Of a stretch of 64,000 nucleotides of DNA, positions 39,827-54,239 are shown piece after piece. The notes beneath the pieces were generated by a model, which worked only from the letters and a program-made list of their open reading frames with translations, was not told the DNA's origin and ran no database searches. The stretch's first letter is position 1. Each line of letters begins with the position of its first letter. The position numbers were made by a program, and so were the translations under genes. The DNA is from Octopus bimaculoides (lineage: Eukaryota), in the NCBI RefSeq assembly GCF_001194135.2, contig NC_068983.1:96696170-96760169 (forward strand), written 5' to 3'.

Positions 39827-42800
39827 ATATATCCAAACTTAATCTTACATAGTAGACATCCTATAATATAATACACAATGAACACGACAAGGTATTCATA
39901 TAATTCACCTTCTGAACAACTGCCATCCCTTAATATAGTGTGTCCCATGCTATTTTCTTCTAAGCGCCACAATAACTTTCCAGAAAAATGTATGCCCCAC
40001 CAGTGGTTGGAAAAAAGTGCTTTATTTTTAAAATTTCATCATTATATATTTTCCTTCAAGAAATATCCTCACTAGGGTATTGGAGTAGCGCTATACTGTA
40101 GCAAAGTCTTCACAAGTATGCTTGACTGGAGGGATTGGTTTGGCTAGATTGAGTATAGGTATAGTATGTTTGCTGTGAAAAATAGATTTTCACAATTCCA
40201 TGTCCCACTAAAAGAAAAAAGAAAAAAGTTTTGATCCAACGCCCCATCACAATATTCCCAGACTTCACCGGTTAGGCATATTCCTCACGCTGGGAAACAA
40301 TGCCTTAATATAACACAAACACTAACACAGAACTTGTACAACGCGTTCACCAGCTAACAAAATAATGCAATTCAAACAGGACACATCTTACGCAAAAAGT
40401 GGATCAAGCACTAGAGTAAGCAACAAGATAGTTGTGATATGCGAATCTAATACTACACCTATACACGCTGCACCCACATCATCACAGGAGTGCACCGAGT
40501 GCGACGGCAGAAACACTCATGAATCTATTGCAAAAACGATGATATTAACGACGACGACAACGATGATCATCGCCATGACGACACGACGATGATCATAATG
40601 AACATGATGTTACCACATTTAGTCTCGTACAAGTTTAGAATTGCGGATATTAAAATGAGTCTAAAGTAAAAGAAGAGAAAATATGTTTTAATCAGGAGGA
40701 CGAAAACAGTTCTTCCTTCTTTGTTCATCATACTTCGTTCTTCGTTCTTTGTTCTTCCTCTTCTAAGATCCCACAGTTTTCTCTACTTACAAGAAAGCAC
40801 ACGTATACACGCAAATATTAATGATCTTCCCTCAAAATCATTGATGACTGTTTCTCTTACAATTGTGGAGCATTTGATACGTGTCCATCCTAATCTATCT
40901 CCTCTTTCAATGGCGGTTGCTCTGGAGTCTTAAAGAAGCGCAACATATTATTGATAGGAGAATTATTGCGTGTGCTACCGTCTATGCTATATCTACTGCA
41001 TGACTTCAGGAGCAAGGAAACTATGAAAGTAACGGTATAATATTATCGAAGACGTGTGTGATATTCTGGCCGCTGCAACGACAGCATCAACTTTTAAACT
41101 CATGATCCATGGTTTTAGATTTCAGATGTAATCATTGTCGTTGTTGTTGAAAATATCGGTGTAATGAATCATTAAAATGATTTTAGAGTGCACCTTTCCC
41201 AGTTTCCCTATATCCACAGTGAAAATGATAAATCAAGTCACAAGGGCAATCGAACACGACTGCTATTTCTTTCAGCTGCGGGAAACTTGCTGAGAAACAG
41301 CGGTGGGAAATCTTTTTGTTTACAAGCTCATCTTAATTGAATTCTCAGCTTTATTTTCGTTGGGGTGAGAATGCCTATTCAGTATTTCGCAGCAAAAATA
41401 ATGAAGATTCAACAGGAGACTCAGATGGTAAATAACGCAGTGTTCAGTGTTCTGGGGATAAATGTTATCTTTTGATATTAATACTGCTTCTGAAGCTATT
41501 AATTAATTTTTGATAAGTCCATTGACTATTTGCGACTCCAATTCCGGAATAGACAGTGAGATTCTATCTATATCGCTGACGAGGGAATCAATGCTATCTC
41601 TACCCATGGGCGCTTGCCATTGACAAGATTCATGAAGGACGAAATCATGTGATCCGGTAGTACCGGCGGCGATAGCGGACAATTATCTACCGCAAGTGAT
41701 AGAGACATGAGTGATTTTGTGTACCACAAATCCATATGAAATGTTATCTCATTTTGTAACACAACATCTACTTTTAAGTTGGGATAAATAATTTAGCAAT
41801 TTCGTATATAATTTGTAGATAGTAAAATTTTATCGCATTTTCTCTTTTGTAAATGTATACTAATACGAGAAACCATTATTTAGACGTACCTGGATACTGA
41901 GTTCACACTGAGTATGTGTATGTGTCTTCATATTCACTTTATTGACATAAATTATTAAGATAGTACTGACAATGTGGTAGTGTTAATCTATTCCGAGTCC
42001 CTTTCTCCTTAAAGTTGCCATTCACATATTCCATGTAGATAGCTAAGTTGTTTTCCATACAAACGATTCGCCAAAACGTTTCTTCATAATAAAGAGCCTC
42101 CTTAAATATCACCAATCTTCTTCTCGAGTCTCTATAGAAAGTTTCTTGCTTTTCTACTACCCTCGTTCCTATAAAAAGAGAAGTACCCCAGGTCTATTTT
42201 TTAAACATTGTAAATTAATTTTATTGAAAAATGTTTAGTTTACTCTTTCTAACTATAATCATTACTAAACTTTGTAATATTCTGACTATGTGTTATAAGG
42301 AGGATGTTCCTCGTTTAAGTTGTCAGGATAGATGTATGTATACATGTATGTATGTGTGTTGATAAATAGTAGCTCTGTGTAAGTGGTAACAGTGGCTCTC
42401 TATACATGCATCTGGATACATATTTCTAGGCACATCTAAGTACACACTAATATCTCACTACAACACTGAAGTAGAATATGTATATTTTCTATATGTAAGT
42501 GCAAATCAGCAAATACTGTACATTTATATACACACGCATATATATATATATATATNNNNNNNNNNNNNNNNNNNNNNNNNNNNNNNNNNNNNNNNNNNNN
42601 NNNNNNNNNNNNNNNNNNNNNNNNNNNNNNNNNNNNNNNNNNNNNNNNNNNNNNNNNNNNNNNNNNNNNNNNNNNNNNNNNNNNNNNNNNNNNNNNNNNN
42701 NNNNNNNNNNNNNNNNNNNNNNNNNNNNNNNNNNNNNNNNNNNNNNNNNNNNNNNNNNNNNNNNNNNNNNNNNNNNNNNNNNNNNNNNNNNNNNNNNTAT

Positions 42801-44010
42801 ATATATATATATATATTGTGTAAATAACTAGACGTATCAAAGTATTAAAATATATTTCAGTCGAATATTCAAAATTTATGTTTTTATATTTCTACTGTAA
42901 ATAAAGTGAAAATCTCACCAAAAACAATTTAAGAAGTAGTAAGAAAGAAAAAGAAGAAAAAAGAGAAACAAAGGAATGAATTTCATCCGAAACACCGAAG
43001 TGAAAATCTTGGAAAGAAAAAAAGAAAAGGAAAATGAAAAGAGAAGAAAATACTACAAAATTTGAATTGTAATACAGAAATAGAGAGAAATGGCTATAAG
43101 CACACTAACAACAACATTAACAAAAGAAAAAGATAATAATGTTAAATGACTTAAATGAAAAACAAAGGAAAGATGGTTTTAAAACCACAACATTCTTTAA
43201 ATAGTTAACTTGAAAGTCTACGAGTTAAACCTACGAATAACAAAGATTCATTTCTTTCATTTTTCGTTTGTTGCTGTTTTTGTTGTTTTTATTTTTGTTG
43301 GTTGTGTGTTTTCTTTTTTTCTGTTCTTTAAATAAGAGGGAAATCTGATTAAAAGGAGAGTTTGAAAGTGAGGTAATTAAAAGAAGAATAGATAAAAACG
43401 TGAGAAACGAATGAACAATAGCGGTGGCTATAATGCGATCATTTCTGAAACGGTATATATCTTTTTACTTACTCCAAGAAGACGGACCTTCTTTATTATT
43501 TTTCTTTTCTGCTTTCTGTTATTGCTACCATACGTACGTACACCACTTTCGCTCCACTATGGCTTGCTAAGCAAATCTTTAAATATTTCAATGAGATTTT
43601 CAACTAAATACATATCGATCTATGTAGAAACGAAGTGAGAATTCATAAAATTGGAACTGAAAAAGAGAGATGAGGGGGAGAAAGAGAGAGAAAGAGAAAG
43701 AGAGATAAAGAGAGAGAGACGGAGAGGGGAAGGAAGATAGTGTGAAAGGGGGCAAAAAATTTAAATTACAAGACTTAAGCAGATATCTAAGAATGTAAGA
43801 ACAAAAGAGTTTTTCTCTCACCCTTCATCATTTTCTTTATACGTTTTCTATCTTACTCTCACCGTTCCACCCGTGTCGAACTATCCTCAGCTCTGATTCC
43901 ACCACCTTTTCTCGCGCATCCTCTCTCTCTCACTTCTCTCCCCAGCTCTCTCTCTCTCTCTGTCTCACTCTTTTTTCTTTATCTTTCTATTTCCCTTCTC
44001 TCAGAAGAAG

Positions 44011-44041
<31 letters not shown>

Positions 44042-45307
44042 GTTATTAATGAAAAGAAAATAATAAAAATAAATGCAAGATGATAGGGGAAAAAATCTGA
44101 TAAAGAGGAAAGGAAATATAATGTGAAAAGTGAAGGTTAGAGAGAAAGTAGATTTTAAAATAAAAATAATATAATTATGAAATTTCGAACGCATTTTTGC
44201 ATTAATAACTTAAGAGAAATATATGTGTGCATTTTATTTATACACCTCCTGTATGAAGAAGGATTACCATGGGCAACCAGGCAGAAGTTAAAGTCTCGCC
44301 ATAACTGAACTCACTTTTTCTACACGCTTTTGCATACATACATTCATTCATACATACACACACATACGTATATACATACATACATACATACATATATAAA
44401 TGTATAAATGTGTATTCGTATACATTCATATGTGCCTATATATATATGTAAGACTATTACAAATACACATACAAACATACATACGTATCTTCGTATATAA
44501 ATAAATATGCATACATGTGCATACGAACGCGCGTCCTAACCCCGCCCCACACACATGTAAGTTATCATACATCTGAATGAATATTATCTTCTATATTTAT
44601 TTTACGTATACATACTTGTATGTGCGTGAGTATTTACAGAGGTGATTATTTTCAAATATAAACATTTTAAATATACTCGTTTTATTTGATTTTTATTGCA
44701 TATATGCTTATAACTTTGCGCTTATTACAGACACAGAGAAATATATATAAACATATATGTATATATATATNNNNNNNNNNATATATATATGTGTGTGTGT
44801 ATGTATGTATGTATATGTATATGCATATATATATACATTAACATTTATATATATACATGTATGTGTAATCTTCGATTCTCTTCTGTTTGTGTCTATATTT
44901 GTATATATGAATGAGTGAATGATTTATAGAGAGACAAACATTCAGACAGATACAGAGGCAGGCAGACACGTAGACAACCAAATAAACTCCTAGGACAAAC
45001 AAATAGTCAATCAGATTGACAAAGGGACATATATGAAACGGATGGTTTATAGCTGTTATTGATTAGTATTATTTGTACAATACCACATACATATGGGAGG
45101 TATATAACTTATTATATTGACCACAGGGTTTTTGCGTGTACTTATTTTCTGAACTCTGGCGTATTGAAAGGCTAAAATCAACCCAGTGTCATTTGAACCC
45201 ATAACGTAGTATGACGGGCATAAATATCGCATGGCGATTTGTCCTCCACAGTACGAATTCTGAGAATACTCTACTCAGGGTTTATAAATTGTATTCAACG
45301 ACATCAT

Positions 45308-45748
45308 AAACATGCGTGGCTGTGTGGTAAGAAGTTTGCTTCTCAACCACATGGTTCCGGGTTCAGTTCCACTGCGCGGCACCTTGGGCAAGTGTCTTCT
45401 ACTATATCTTCGGGTCGACCAAAGCCTTGTGAGTGTATTTGGTAGACGGAAACTGAAAGAAGCCTATCATATGTATGTGCACGTGTGTGTTTGTGTGTGT
45501 GTGTGCGTGTGTGTGTGCGTGTGTGTGTGTATCTATGTCTGTGCTTGTCCCCAACCCCCACCCCTACCCTCCGGTGCTGCTTCACAACCAATGCTGGTGT
45601 GTTTATATACACATAACTTGGTGGTTCGGCAAAGGAGACGATAGAATAAGTTCTAGGCTTATAAAAAATAAGTCCTGGAGTCTTTAAGGCAGTGCTCCAG
45701 CATGGCAGCAGTGAAATGACTGAAACAAGTAAAAGAATAAAAGAATAA
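45308..45748 (+). mobile_element. SINE family B, full length: tRNA head, CORE-like segment, internal (TG)n, second half
   Basis: gtggctgtgtggtaag...ccgggttcagttcc...caccttgggcaagtgtcttctactata...; tail gactgaaacaagtaaaagaataaaagaat. Confidence 0.85.
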
Positions 45749-48700
45749 TATAAATACCAATTTGGAAGAGAAAGATAAATATTCTCACTAATAGTAAATA
45801 ATACATTTAGGTGTTTGTCCGCCTGTTTTTACTTCTTTATAAAATTGCTATTTGCAGTGTCTGATAAACTTATATTAAGATCTTAGCAATCAATTCATAC
45901 TAGTTTATAAAATTACCATACATTCATGTGCTAACCTTTCAGGCGATCTCTATAATTTGCCAATGCAGGCCATCACTAGCTTCTTCAAATAAATTTTTTT
46001 CGTCATGTTGAGTGTTTCATTGATCAAGTTTTCATTTATTCTTAAATTCCAGCTCGTACCGACAGTCCAAGGACTGTGAATCTATCAAGGCGAATGAGAT
46101 ATACACTTTGTCGGTGCTACTTTGGCGTATGATCTACAACTTCAAGGGCGATTACTTTAGATTAGTTTTTAGTTTCTTTACGTTGCAAAACTCGCAGCTA
46201 CCAAATTTGTGTGATCTACACGCTTATTTTAAGTATTATATTGTTTATTATTGGTTTCTACTTATTATTTACAAAAGCATAAGTGAAAAATGGTTTTATT
46301 ATTAAAATAGTACGAATTTTGAAAAAAATTCATTTACGATAATAAGTATGTACAAAAGAATTTATAGTAAAAAATCTTTAGCCAACATCTTAAAGGTCTT
46401 TAGAAATTGGTAAGTAATCTAAAAAGTAACCTAAAGTAATCGCCCTTTAAGTTGTAGATCCCACGCCGAAGTAGCACCCTTTGTTTGACCCTTACACTAT
46501 AGGTACTTATTTTGCATGAAACAGTACATACTGATTTGAAATCTGACCAGATGAAACAAAATGCTGCAAAACTGGTGTTGTACGGCGTTACTCGTGCACT
46601 AGTCTGATTACAAATATCTGTATTTTAACCTATGATTGGTATTGGAATTTATAATAGCTATTAAATTCTTTCATCTATTAAAATAACATGGTATATCCCG
46701 TAAAGAAATTTTTACTTCGTATAGAAGCAATCTGAACTACTTACTCTCAACCGCAGTAATCCATTTCTCCCTACTAAAATTAGGTATTCTAGTATAGTCA
46801 AAACGCCTAAATATTGATTTGTAACAGACATAAGGCCAGGAAACTAACTTGTGTAATGGGAAAAGTCAATTACAAAACCTCTCGATATTAACTGGTGCTT
46901 ATTATATTAACGTTATATAACTGACAAAGGTGAAACGAGAAGTTTAAAGATAAACAAACTGCGGTAACATTTATTCTGACATTCTGTTGTTTGTGCTGCT
47001 ATCACAACTGGCATGTAGCTGATTAAAGGGACTGCTTAGAGTTAAATATGTTTGTTTACAACAGACAGGGCTGCTCTGGGGAACAGGGTGAGGCACTGAT
47101 CTAACAACTAGTCTTACTTTTGTCTCCTACTCCAGTCTTCCCCGAGAATGAAATACTCTAATGTCAATACTGATTAACAAGAAATTTTTCATTTTATGTC
47201 TCATGGTTAGCTTGAATAGTTATTTACATATTCTCATAGACTGGTGGTATCACTATAAACTAAAAGTGATGAAAGTATGAGTGATATTGTAATACAGAAA
47301 TATCTGAATGGGGGAGATATTCCTCGAAGAATCAGTGCTTCGATTGTGTGTTTGATGTCAGAATTGGGAAAAGAATCAAAGTATACAGTATTCGAGAGGT
47401 ACATCTGAATAGATATAGCATTAATCTAGTTGGTTAAAATTGAAGAACAAAGAGCAACTACAGACTAAAGGTTTACATCAGCAAGACAGATTAATAAATT
47501 TCACAAAAAGAATAATTTTGTGTATGTGGTTCAAAAGACAGTTAGTTCTAACCTGTAGGGTAAGGTTCTTCGTCACAAAGAAATTTAAAGCAGTCAAAAG
47601 AAGCATAGGAAAGAGGATATGTCATTAGAGCTGTTGTTGCACGAGTCAAGACAAACTGTGATCAAGTAGAACTATAACACGCAAATAGCTTATGGAACAA
47701 CTAAATACGATCAGTAGACATATTGTTTCAAATATACCACCAAATATTTGAGGACTATAACACAATATAGTTGAGAACCAAAACACAATATAGCTGAGGG
47801 CCATACTGTATATTTCAACATGTACTGTGGTATGTGTTCCCTGGATACATAAGGACAAGATGTACACCAGCCGAACGATTATTGTGAGTGTTATGAATTC
47901 TTCTGAAAATGCCAAAGGTTCCCAGACCAGAACATAGAAACATTTTACTTATTTCATCTTACAAAAACTTTCAATAGTGCCTGATATTATATATGGTTTT
48001 AAAGCTAAATATTTCCCGCAGTTTTAATGTTTCAGTCTTGATAAATAAAGTTAATTAGACTAAGTCGACTACATTAGTTATGCGTTTGTATTCAGGAAAC
48101 CACTCCATGTAACCATTTACATAGGTCACTATGTAGGCTCTTAATATTGAGGGTCGTATAATCTACATTACAAACTCGTGTGATAGAAAAGAAATGTCAA
48201 GAACCTGACAGTCACACTGACTAGTTGGGATTAGAGAGGTACACTACTTGTTTAGGGAATCGGGGAATAGGTGTACCAATATACGTGTGATGTAGTTGAG
48301 AATAGCAGGTAATTAACATTAATTAAGCTATGTATAAATAGGTTAGCCATTTGGTGAGTGGTGAAATATCACTGAACATACTGTTGATTCCTCTCCGTTG
48401 GTATGTGGCACCTATTTTTTCAATATAAGGTAGTATGGTATGTGTTTGTATAAACATTAAATAGTTTCTGTTCATTTGCTATGAAATGATTACAATCTCA
48501 GAAAAAATAATCAGTGATCCAAAACAAAAATATAAATAAAAATAAAAATAAAATAAAATTTATAACAATGAAAGCGAAAAATAAAAAAAGCTCGAAAGAA
48601 ATTAATTTGTGTTTTTTTTTAATTTGATTGACATAAAATAGTCGTCTACAAACAAAGAAGTGATGAATGCATCGAAGGAATGTCAGCTCTTTCCATTTTA

Positions 48701-49863
48701 TATGACCAAGAGAAAACCGTGAAGATATCAAGTTCAAAATTACTTAAGTGTCAGACCAGTGGGGAATGATGGAACACTGTGATTGTGAATTAGAGCGGTG
48801 AGCTGGTAGAACCGATAGCGCGACGGGTAATGCTAAGCGACTTATGCCAAAACTTGAAACCAGTATCTTATAGGTATTTTATTTATCGATGACAGATAAG
48901 CTAAAATTAAAAGGACGGATGTTAAGGTAGTGAGATATGAACTAGATATTTCTGAAGAACAATACCTGAAAATCAGCATCTGCATCAAATTCACAAGACG
49001 GATGTGCTTGTTAAAACATGTTTATATGTCTGTTCACAGATTCACTATTCACAAATATCTATAATTAATAAAAGTTGACGAAAGGCTCTTCTTGGAGATG
49101 AAAGATGTACTAAGGTTTTCAATAGACAGACGAACGCATTGTTAAATGAAAACTGTACTTGTGTATGATTTGTTACGTTATAACTCTAAGGAGATGAAGC
49201 AAAAGTAAACAGACTGTATAGATTTGTCAGCCGTCTAAACATACTTATAATAAGGCTTTTGTCAGAGTTTATATACACTAGATACATTTTCATATAGACT
49301 GTGAAGAAATCATGTAAATTTATCTTCAAACTGGAGTTTGTTTAAATAAAACTACATTAATCCGTTATCCATATATGTTATATATGCTATATGCGTACGC
49401 ATATGCATTTATAATTATAAATGCGCATGATAATGTATAAATATGGATATACATCAACACACGTATTAATAATTATCAATGGATATGCGTATACATATAA
49501 CAAAGCACACATACATATGGGATGCGTTACACAAACACTTCCGCGCGCGTGCATAGTATAATTCGCGTAAAAACCTGCATTTAAGAGTTCTTATATCGTT
49601 TATTTGGCTACCACATGTTATCCTACAGTAGGGTATATTCCAGGGCTGGATAAACAAATGTAGAACTCCTCTTTGCGTAAGATTACTATAAGAAAAATAG
49701 AACACAAGGATGGAGGATATCAGGCTTTAAATGCTGTGGTCTGCTATTAAAGTCTGATGTCCTTCATTCTGGTCCTTTACTTAGATACACACACGTATAT
49801 TATATATGCATATATATACACGTACACGCACGTCTTTCTATCGCTGTATCTCTCTTCATATGT

Positions 49864-49929
<66 letters not shown>

Positions 49930-50387
49930 GCGCGCACACGTGCGTATATGTATATATAATGCACATATAAAACACACACACAAACACATATATATATATA
50001 TACATGTATATATGTATGTATCTACGTATAGTATATATATGTACATATACTATACACGTTTCATCTTATAAAATCTCATAATAGATTTGTATATCGTAAT
50101 CAGAGCTGAATATCTCGTGCAGCTTTTCTTTCAATCTTGTTAGAGTGGGTAGAACACGGCTGACATGGTGGAACTCTAGTTATGCGTTTCTCTTCAACTA
50201 ACCAGTCCATGTAACTATTTTAATAGGTCGTTATATAGGCAATGAATAATTATATTTTACAATCTACCTCGCAACAGATAGGAAAGATATGTCAAGTAAC
50301 AGAGATTCACGGGATTACATGGAATGGTACAATGCATGATTAGCGAATCAAAAAGATAGGTAATGCAGGTTTCATAATTTGTTATAA

Positions 50388-50562
50388 AGCCAGCAAGTTC
50401 GAGGGAATGGGGTAAGTCGATAACATCGACCCCAGTAATTAACTATTACTTATTTTATCGACCCTGAAAGAATGAAAGGCAAAGTCGACCTCGGCGGAAT
50501 TTGAACCCAGAGCGTAAAGTATTTTGCTCGGCGTGCTAACGATTCTGCCAGCTCACTACCTT
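50388..50562 (-). mobile_element. SINE family A with an internal deletion
   Basis: aaagtcgacctcggcggaatttgaaccc...ggcgtgctaacgattctgccagctc. Confidence 0.85.
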
Positions 50563-53084
50563 AGAAAGATAGGTAAATACGATAGACGTGAAAGACAGAT
50601 ATGAGGTTGTAGTAATCAGCAACTAAGTGTCGTTGATATCATGGTTAGTGATTCTTTTGGTCTGTCGGATGTTTGGCCACTTTTTCCGATGTGATCAAAA
50701 TGGAATGCTTGTATTTGTAGAAGCAGCACCGCTCCACATATGTGACCATTAACTTAGCATAAATAGCAAGGGATGCCTCAGTGTGGGTGCAATCCAATGA
50801 TTGAAATAAGTAAAAAAGCAAATGAATTTTATTTCGAAAAAAATTTTAATATAGTTTTATTTTATAAAACTATATAAAACAAATTTGGTATGAAATTAAA
50901 AGAAAATAGATACAACTAAATATAACAAAGACTTTGTTGTATTTAAGTGTATGTTCTATTTAACTACTATTAAGTTGTTATAATGTGGTATTAAAGTAGA
51001 TTACAATAAAACAGAAATAAAGAAAAGCTGGGAAATAGAAATAAAGCAGAAAGTTTATAAGGGCGGAAACGCAGGTGTATAAGATTATATCGTTTGCAAT
51101 GATTATTATGTATTAAATCAGGTAATTAATTCACGTTGTTAAAACCAAGTTGAAATCAAGTTGATTCCAGTATTATAAATTGAAGGCTTAATAGGAATTT
51201 GTAGTTTGTAAATTCAATATTAAAATAAAAATAGTAAATAGGGAAGGAGAAACAATTGTTAAGTCTATGTGTAAATAATTACATCTGGGTTTATTGGTTG
51301 CTATGGTGTGTTCTCTCTGTTATATTATTATAAATCAGAAATCATAAGGATGAAACTAGTAATTGTTGTTGCTGGAAATATACTATTGTCCTTGATAGTA
51401 ATAAACATTATGTTGAAAATGTTAAACATTATGTTGAAAATGTATTCTAACTAGTTATTATTAATAATAAAATTTCATAAGAAAATCCATCATTTGAGTG
51501 TTTCTGTGCTTGTTCAAAAAATTATTATTTGTTTCGAAATATAGGTTAAAATGATTTTATGTTTCCTAAAATTATTTCTGCACGATGAAATTAATTTGAA
51601 GTACCGATAAACTAGTAGTGCATAATACATCAAAATTTTCTCGCATATGCAAAGTTTAAAAGTTTTCTTTTCTTTTCTTTTTACTTTAGAAATGGTAGAA
51701 TTTTCATTACATATTCCCATGTATTCATTAGCAGAAATTTCCTGTTAATTTGATATCATAGGACTTCTTTGGTTTTAATTAATTAGCACTCTCTTTCAAT
51801 ATATCAAAATTGTTCTCTATAGGAACATATAGTCTTCACATATACATTTAACTTGACCCAACTTTACAAAGAACATATTTTTGTTGAGGTAAGTTTGAAA
51901 GATAATTCTTTTAAATTAAGATATTCGTTAAAATATAAATTTTGCAGATTTTCCCTTTCCAATAAAGCAAAAATTTCACCTTAATAAGATTAAAAGATTT
52001 CGCAATCTGGCTTTCAGATGAGTTTACTTCGGACTACAATATAATCCAATAAATGAGGCCGAGTTGCCGGTCCACGTGTAACTCGAAATTCTAATGCGCT
52101 CCTCCCTAATGCATCTCTCTTCTATGGAGCCACTGTGTACAAGTGAAAGTAGCTCGCCAGGCATAACAGGAGCCAAGTTGTAACTGCTGTGTCGTGGAAA
52201 AGTGCGTGTGCGTGTGTGTGTATGAGATTATATATGTATGTATGAATGTGTATATACATTCATATATGTATGTGTCTATGTTTTATAGTCTGGTCATACA
52301 AGAGAAGAGTCCATAACAACTGGAGAACCGAATGTAGTAACTAGGGAATTCACTACTCTAATTGCTGGTCGACCCACCTCAAGTGGCATGCAACCGGGAC
52401 GGAAGTGGTGAGTCCCAACTTATTTGCCATAGTTTCTACATTTGGTTCTTCAGTTTTGGATGATATGGACTCTTCTCTTCTTGACTAAGCTATAAAACAT
52501 ATAGGAACATATACACATTCATACATATATATATATACAATGACATACACATACACACGCACCCGCCCCCACGCTCATACCCCACCCCCACGCACACAAA
52601 TACTTTGAAAATTGTGACCAGTTAATTTCACAGTACTCTTATAACGGCAAGACTCTCAGAAAATATACTTTCTTTCTCAAGGAATCCGAAGCATCATACG
52701 CAGAAAAACAGGCTAAATATTTCCTATAACAATATTTGTGTTTCCAGAAACCATGAGCATGATAAATGAAAAGTGATGGCTTCAAGTAGGAATTGAAACT
52801 ATGCTGCTAGCTCGTTTTGTAGCGACCTTACCTCGTGTTCTAATATTATATTATCGTATTAAATTTCATTGGTAATGACATTTCACGACGAATTATTATT
52901 GAGAGAAGAGTGTGACTATACAATGTGGGTGGGTCTTAATGCCAGTATGAATTAAAGATGATTTGGGTTGTAAAGTTTATATTTGTAGAATCGTAAGGAG
53001 AAATGGTTTACGGTTCAGCTTCGCACGCCATTTTTTTTTTACGTTCTGGATATATATCCTGCGGATGTCTACTGTGGATGAGAA

Positions 53085-53240
53085 GGAGGATGAGAAGAAG
53101 AAGAAGAAGAAGAAGAAGAAGAAGAAGAAGAAGAAGAAGAAGAAGAAGAAGAAGAAGACGAAGAAGGATGAGAAGAAGAAGAAGAAGAAGAAGAAGAAGA
53201 AGAAGAAGAAGAAGAAGAAGAAGAAGAAGAAGAAGAAGAA
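53085..53240. repeat. (AAG)n microsatellite in two blocks, each starting aaggatgagaag
   Basis: Direct reading. Confidence 0.95.
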
Positions 53241-53438
53241 AATGGAGCAAAACAATTTATGTAATGTAATGAAAGTGGTAGTGGCGGTAAACATGAGGGT
53301 AGGACAATTACATTATTCCCGGTTTCATTAAAATAATCTTAGCGATCATAAACTCGACGATAAAACGATAGCAGTGCTGAAATCAATCATGCATCGATTT
53401 CAGTGGTATGTTACTATAGACAGGCCTAAAAGGCTTGC

Positions 53439-53498
<60 letters not shown>

Positions 53499-53502
53499 AT
53501 TA

Positions 53503-53795
53503 AGAGTATAGACGCTCTTCGGTCATGAATGACCATAAGATTGCACCTAGAAAGTTCCCCTCCGGGGCACAAGTCGAGGGCAAGGTTGTTTATGGAAGAC
53601 CAGCAGTCTCCCTTGCATACCAGCCTCTCCTTTTCATGCCACCGATGTTATCTCAAGGGAGAGACAAAAGCCGATTCAGTTTGGCACCAGTGACGTCGCA
53701 ACTCGTTTCTACAGTTGAGTGAACGAGACCAACATGAAATAAAGTGCTTTATCCAAGAACACAGCACACAGCTTGGTGCGGTAATCGAACTCACA
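53503..53795 (-). mobile_element. Further SINE family, partial
   Basis: The minus-strand 5' part (gtgagttcgattaccg...gtgttcttggataaagcactttatttca) resembles the head/core seen at 17290-17350; the body differs. Confidence 0.6.
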
Positions 53796-53858
53796 TATAT
53801 CCATACATACATACATGCATACATACATACATACATACATACACGCACACACACACAA

Positions 53859-53891
<33 letters not shown>

Positions 53892-54239
53892 CAGCGTCCA
53901 CGTGAGAGAGCTAGGTAAATAGATAAAGAGAGAGAGAGAGACTACTGAGAATAAAAAATTCACATTGCGCAGATGCAAGCATCCAAGAATACATGTGTGT
54001 GTGTGTGTGTTTATAAACGTCATCACCGAGAAGTACATAATTATATGCATATACACAAATAAGGAGGGAGTCTGAAACTTTGTATTGAAGATATCCAAAT
54101 AGAAAGCAAAGATTCTTCAGATTACTGAATCTACGTATGCCTGCAACCTACATTTCATACTTTTTATGATAACCTGTTTCTTTTGCCTGAAAATGGGTCG
54201 AATTTTTCAATTGTCGTTTGCGATGCACGAAAAGAATAC

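Noticed and set aside
41568-41762. GC-richer ORF-like stretch (DNCPLSPPVLPDHMISSFMNLVNGKRPW)
   Set aside because: Weak splice sites, does not fit the gene model, and the kinase-like GKRPW is an isolated resemblance.
46746-46771. 26-nt candidate exon reading EKWITAVE, resembling a PH-domain C-terminal helix
   Set aside because: Too short, incompatible with the surrounding model, and no other PH-domain exons were found.
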